Shown piece by piece: positions 60,701 through 64,000 of a stretch of 64,000 nt of DNA. Positions within the stretch are counted from its first letter, which is position 1. Every line of letters begins with the position of its first letter. The notes under the pieces were generated by a model. The model ran no database searches, was not told the DNA's origin, and was given only the letters and a program-made list of their open reading frames with translations. Source of the stretch: Paraspadella gotoi. Its lineage: Eukaryota > Animalia > Chaetognatha. Location: assembly GCA_051294375.1 (NCBI GenBank), contig CM119265.1, forward strand, positions 13,322,124 to 13,386,123. The letters run 5' to 3'. The position numbers and the translations under genes are program-made.

Positions 60701-63700
60701 TCGCATTGGTCAATAAAATACCAAAAATAGTTTTCTAGCACGGGGATTTACAAAAAAATACGAAAATAAAACTCAATAGAGTTCGGGCATTCCAGTAATA
60801 AAACAAAGTTTCAAACAAATAGACAAAGACGATACATAGAGTGGCACGATCGAGAGGCAGAATCGTCGACACCTTACTAGTCCGCTTTACATTTTCTGTC
60901 TGTACGTGGACAGCTCCGTGTTTGTCGTCGTCGGTCGTCCTCGGTCGTCGTCCTCAGGAACCGTCATGAATATAGCGTCAGCGCACGTCTTGATCGGTCG
61001 TCTCGATGTAAGCCTTGGGGAGTCCTCGGAGACCGGGGGGAACCCGTTCGATATCGAAGATTTGGGGATAGTTATCGAGCGAAGACGAAATCGCGAATCC
61101 GGACTCGCGCGAGTCGTGCATAATACGGCCGAATATTCGAGAATCGGTTCTCGCGCACCAAGTGTCGTACACTCCGATCGAGTATCCGCTCCTAATCTGC
61201 AGCTCCCACAAGCCTCGAACTTGTGATCCGCAGCACGCAAACGTCCATACGCAATAATTGGAGGCTTCGCTGAGTATCCAACGACCTGAAACAGCACCGT
61301 CATCTAGTAACTGATAAACTAGCTTCCACTGAGGTCCACCCGTCACTCAGACAGTTAAATAATGTTTTATCAATCTGTGTAAGAGCAGAGAGAAACCTAA
61401 TGATACTGGAGCAAAGAGAGTTGTTCTGTTACGTCTACATAAGTTTGGCCGCTTTCCCGAATGATCTTTCATCCCTCTTTTCTCATCTGACCATTCCATT
61501 AGCGCGTTACCCTATTCTTTTTGAAGTCGAGCGCACTATCTTGTACCGAAGATTGTGCTATCTATGTTAATTTAAAACACACACGCTAACGAATAAGCAT
61601 TAAGTAATTCATTTCTTCACATTAGCTGACTGTAGGCGCGAAAAGATGAAACTCTTCGTTCTACCACGATAGCAGAGGAAGCGATAAAGTTGATTGATTT
61701 GCGTACAATATTATCAGATGAGTCTAAAAATTTTAAGTCAGTAAATCTTTTCCTAAATTGAAATGATATTAAAACTAAGAGTAATTGAAATTTAATTAAA
61801 ATTTATTTCATTATTTAGTGTATTTATCTTTAAAGAAGTTAAAATCAATTTTTACACAGCGATTGTGTTGTGTGATTACTCTCTTTTAAAGAGACAGTGC
61901 TGGTAAGTATATTCGTATACATTCCGTGTGGAGCGCTAGCGTCACGAGGTCTTAGCTGTTGTGACTTTTCTCAAGAGGACGAAACAACATGAAATGATTT
62001 TAGAATGCGATGAGAACGATAAGTTGGAACCTCAGAAAGATCGAGTAGCAAAGCAGCTCAATATTTTTGTTTTGATTCTACTTTAAAGCGTCTGATTGCC
62101 CCTAGTGTTGAGGCAATAATTCACTTTGTATATGCAAAGTTTTAAAAGATAAAGATGTGTAAATCGCGAAAAAGTGAAAATTAATAACGCCTAATTATGT
62201 GTTATTTCAAAAGCAAATTTTATCTTTGACATATAATCTACAGAATAGATTTGGAATAGCACCCCTAATTTATCAAATTCTACGACTAATAACTATTCAC
62301 AACATTCACCAAGCTAATCGATGTATAACATAACGGTTCATGTTACTAAAATACGATGAACGCGCATCGAACTTCCACGACCTTAAAGAACATCCTCAAA
62401 AACACTCGCAGAACAAGGAGTAACACAGCCCTCCTCAACACGTCAGTCGGTGACTCACGAAGATTCCGTTTCGACTTCCTTTTAGACTTTGCCGAATTTT
62501 ACCAGCGACGCCAGATGTTCACTCTCTGGGATTTCCCGCTGTCCAACTTCGAGGGTCTAAAAGAATTCCGCTCATCCGACGCAACGACGGAAACCTTACT
62601 TCCTGGTCAAAGGACCGATCGAAAAAAACGTGAGCCCTTTCGGAACGATCGCATGAAGCGCTGGAAGAAAATAAACGAGTCGAGACTGCGACGCGATTGG
62701 ACGCCGTTTTTAGAGCGGATCCTCGTCTCGATTAGAGGTGACACAGCCCGTCTTGTTCTCCGCGGTCGACAGACACATGTCTCTGTACATCCATATTTCG
62801 CCATGCCAAAGCTTCGTGTCGACAGCAAATCGGAGACCAGTTTCCAAATCGTTTGAATATCGTAGTGTGTCGGTCTTGGCGCGTGCTTGCTTCCGATCAC
62901 GCATCCAGTCCTTGTCAAAATGCCCCTATTGTGAGATGGAGGATACCACGTTTGTGTTAAGCGAGAGCGGAACCGTTACTTGGCTAGTGCTCGGGAAACT
63001 TTTGATGCGTGTTGTGGGTGAGAAAAAAAAAAAAAATTCTGAAAGTCTGGCATTATGCCTATTTTTTAACATAATTTAAAATGTTTGTTGTTAATCTTAA
63101 ACCACAGTTGAAATCATCAACACGATATGAAATTCTATAATTCTTTTTTGTATAATTTGATCCCAGGTTGTCGGGTCGGGCTTGCTGCTTCATTTCCTTT
63201 TTGCGTGACTCCCTGAAAGATATCTCTTCATTACCTGGCTTTAAGCTGTTAAAAAACTTATTAGCAAAATGTGAACGGAATGTATGAAAGACACACGTTT
63301 TTTTCAGCTGACATATTTACACTTTTTTGAAACTTCTTGATACATATACTCGATGTGCTCATTTGTTTTATTTAAAGTTTTCATCTGATCTGATTTCTCG
63401 GATCGGCGAGACCAGCGGCTGCACGAAATACATGCTCCTTTATACCTGACGCGTGGTGTATGTTGTTGCTAGAATACCTTTGCTATTAGACGTCAATCGC
63501 CCACAAAGTTTTCTTAGCCGTTTCTTGAATTTATTTTACCTTGTTTATCGTTTCATTCGAGTAGGTTACATAGACAAATGTAACTAAAAAATCAGCATTT
63601 AGACATTTTAGTTCCGCGCTTCTAATAAGCAATAATGAAAATCTCAACAAACGCGCGCCGCAAGATGGACGACCGCTGCCCCCCGCAGTCCTTAACGCCT

Positions 63701-64000
63701 CCTCTGAGGGAATCGCTTTATCGCGGGTCGCCTGGCACCAACGCGTTACCCCTATGGCCTACCCCACCGGCCCCAGGGATGGGAGGTCCTTCCCCTCGTA
63801 CGATTCGAAACAAAGTGGCAAATCGCCGCCGCCTCCGCCGCCTGGTCACGTTTCAGCCTGCATCCAGAGAAAGAGCGCAAGGTGACATATACATTGTTTA
63901 TTGTCAATGTTCTATTTTCCTCGGGATTGTGATGCGGTCCAGAATACGCTTCTTCTTCAATAGGTGGCGTGGACCTGTGGTCGTGCGCGAATCAGGGATT
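54780..64000 (+). other. Error-rich duplicate of about 44690-53000 (zinc finger, LC3 and LITAF genes); probable uncorrected long read of the other haplotype
   Basis: Collinear with 44.7-53.0 kb including introns, with dense insertion-biased 1-nt errors that worsen towards the end. Starts after a 25-N gap. Carries a few discrete larger indels that look allelic. Confidence 0.85.
57571..57830 (+). mobile_element. Full-length (about 260 bp) allele of the sister-family solo LTR, with complete twister motif at about 57710-57793
   Basis: Same flanks as 47325-47506 but with about 80 extra nt. Reads AAA GUGU GA UG G UG UCGGC CA U^AA ACAC GC C AGU(U)GAC...GUCACU A CAG(G) UCCAAAGC CCUG. Confidence 0.75.

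Noticed and set aside
60887-61440. ORFs and seemingly novel sequence in the duplicate block
   Set aside because: Still loosely traceable to 50390-50720 with a burst of insertions, so it is a low-quality read segment.
54780-64000. Apparent pseudogene cluster (zinc finger, LC3, LITAF)
   Set aside because: Insertion-biased error pattern, full collinearity with 44.7-53 kb and the adjacent 25-N gap indicate a raw read or second haplotype.

Overview
Intron-rich animal (invertebrate-like) genomic DNA from a draft long-read assembly. Genes: a Cad87A/CDH23-type cadherin of about 30 exons (6.5-29.9 kb, +), a two-LDLa single-pass membrane protein (33.2-36.1 kb, +), a C2H2 zinc-finger gene (42.5-47.15 kb, +), an LC3/ATG8 gene (48.3-49.2 kb, -) and two tandem LITAF-domain genes (51.5-53.3 kb, +). 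Two blocks (20.2-26.5 kb and 54.8-64 kb) are indel-riddled re-copies of neighbouring sequence after 25-N gaps and are best read as uncorrected-read or second-haplotype artefacts. The main discovery is a small non-coding LTR element (TRIM-like, 2977-3696). It has 262-bp LTRs with TG...TA ends, a 4-bp TSD and an extended tRNA-Trp primer site, and its LTRs carry a circularly permuted (type P5) twister ribozyme fold. A solo LTR and a diverged sister family are also present, and the sister family shows compensatory base changes in the twister helices and pseudoknot. This looks like an animal LTR 'retrozyme' that uses twister instead of hammerhead. Separate Penelope-type minimal hammerhead motifs also occur. 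All alignments and folds were done by eye.
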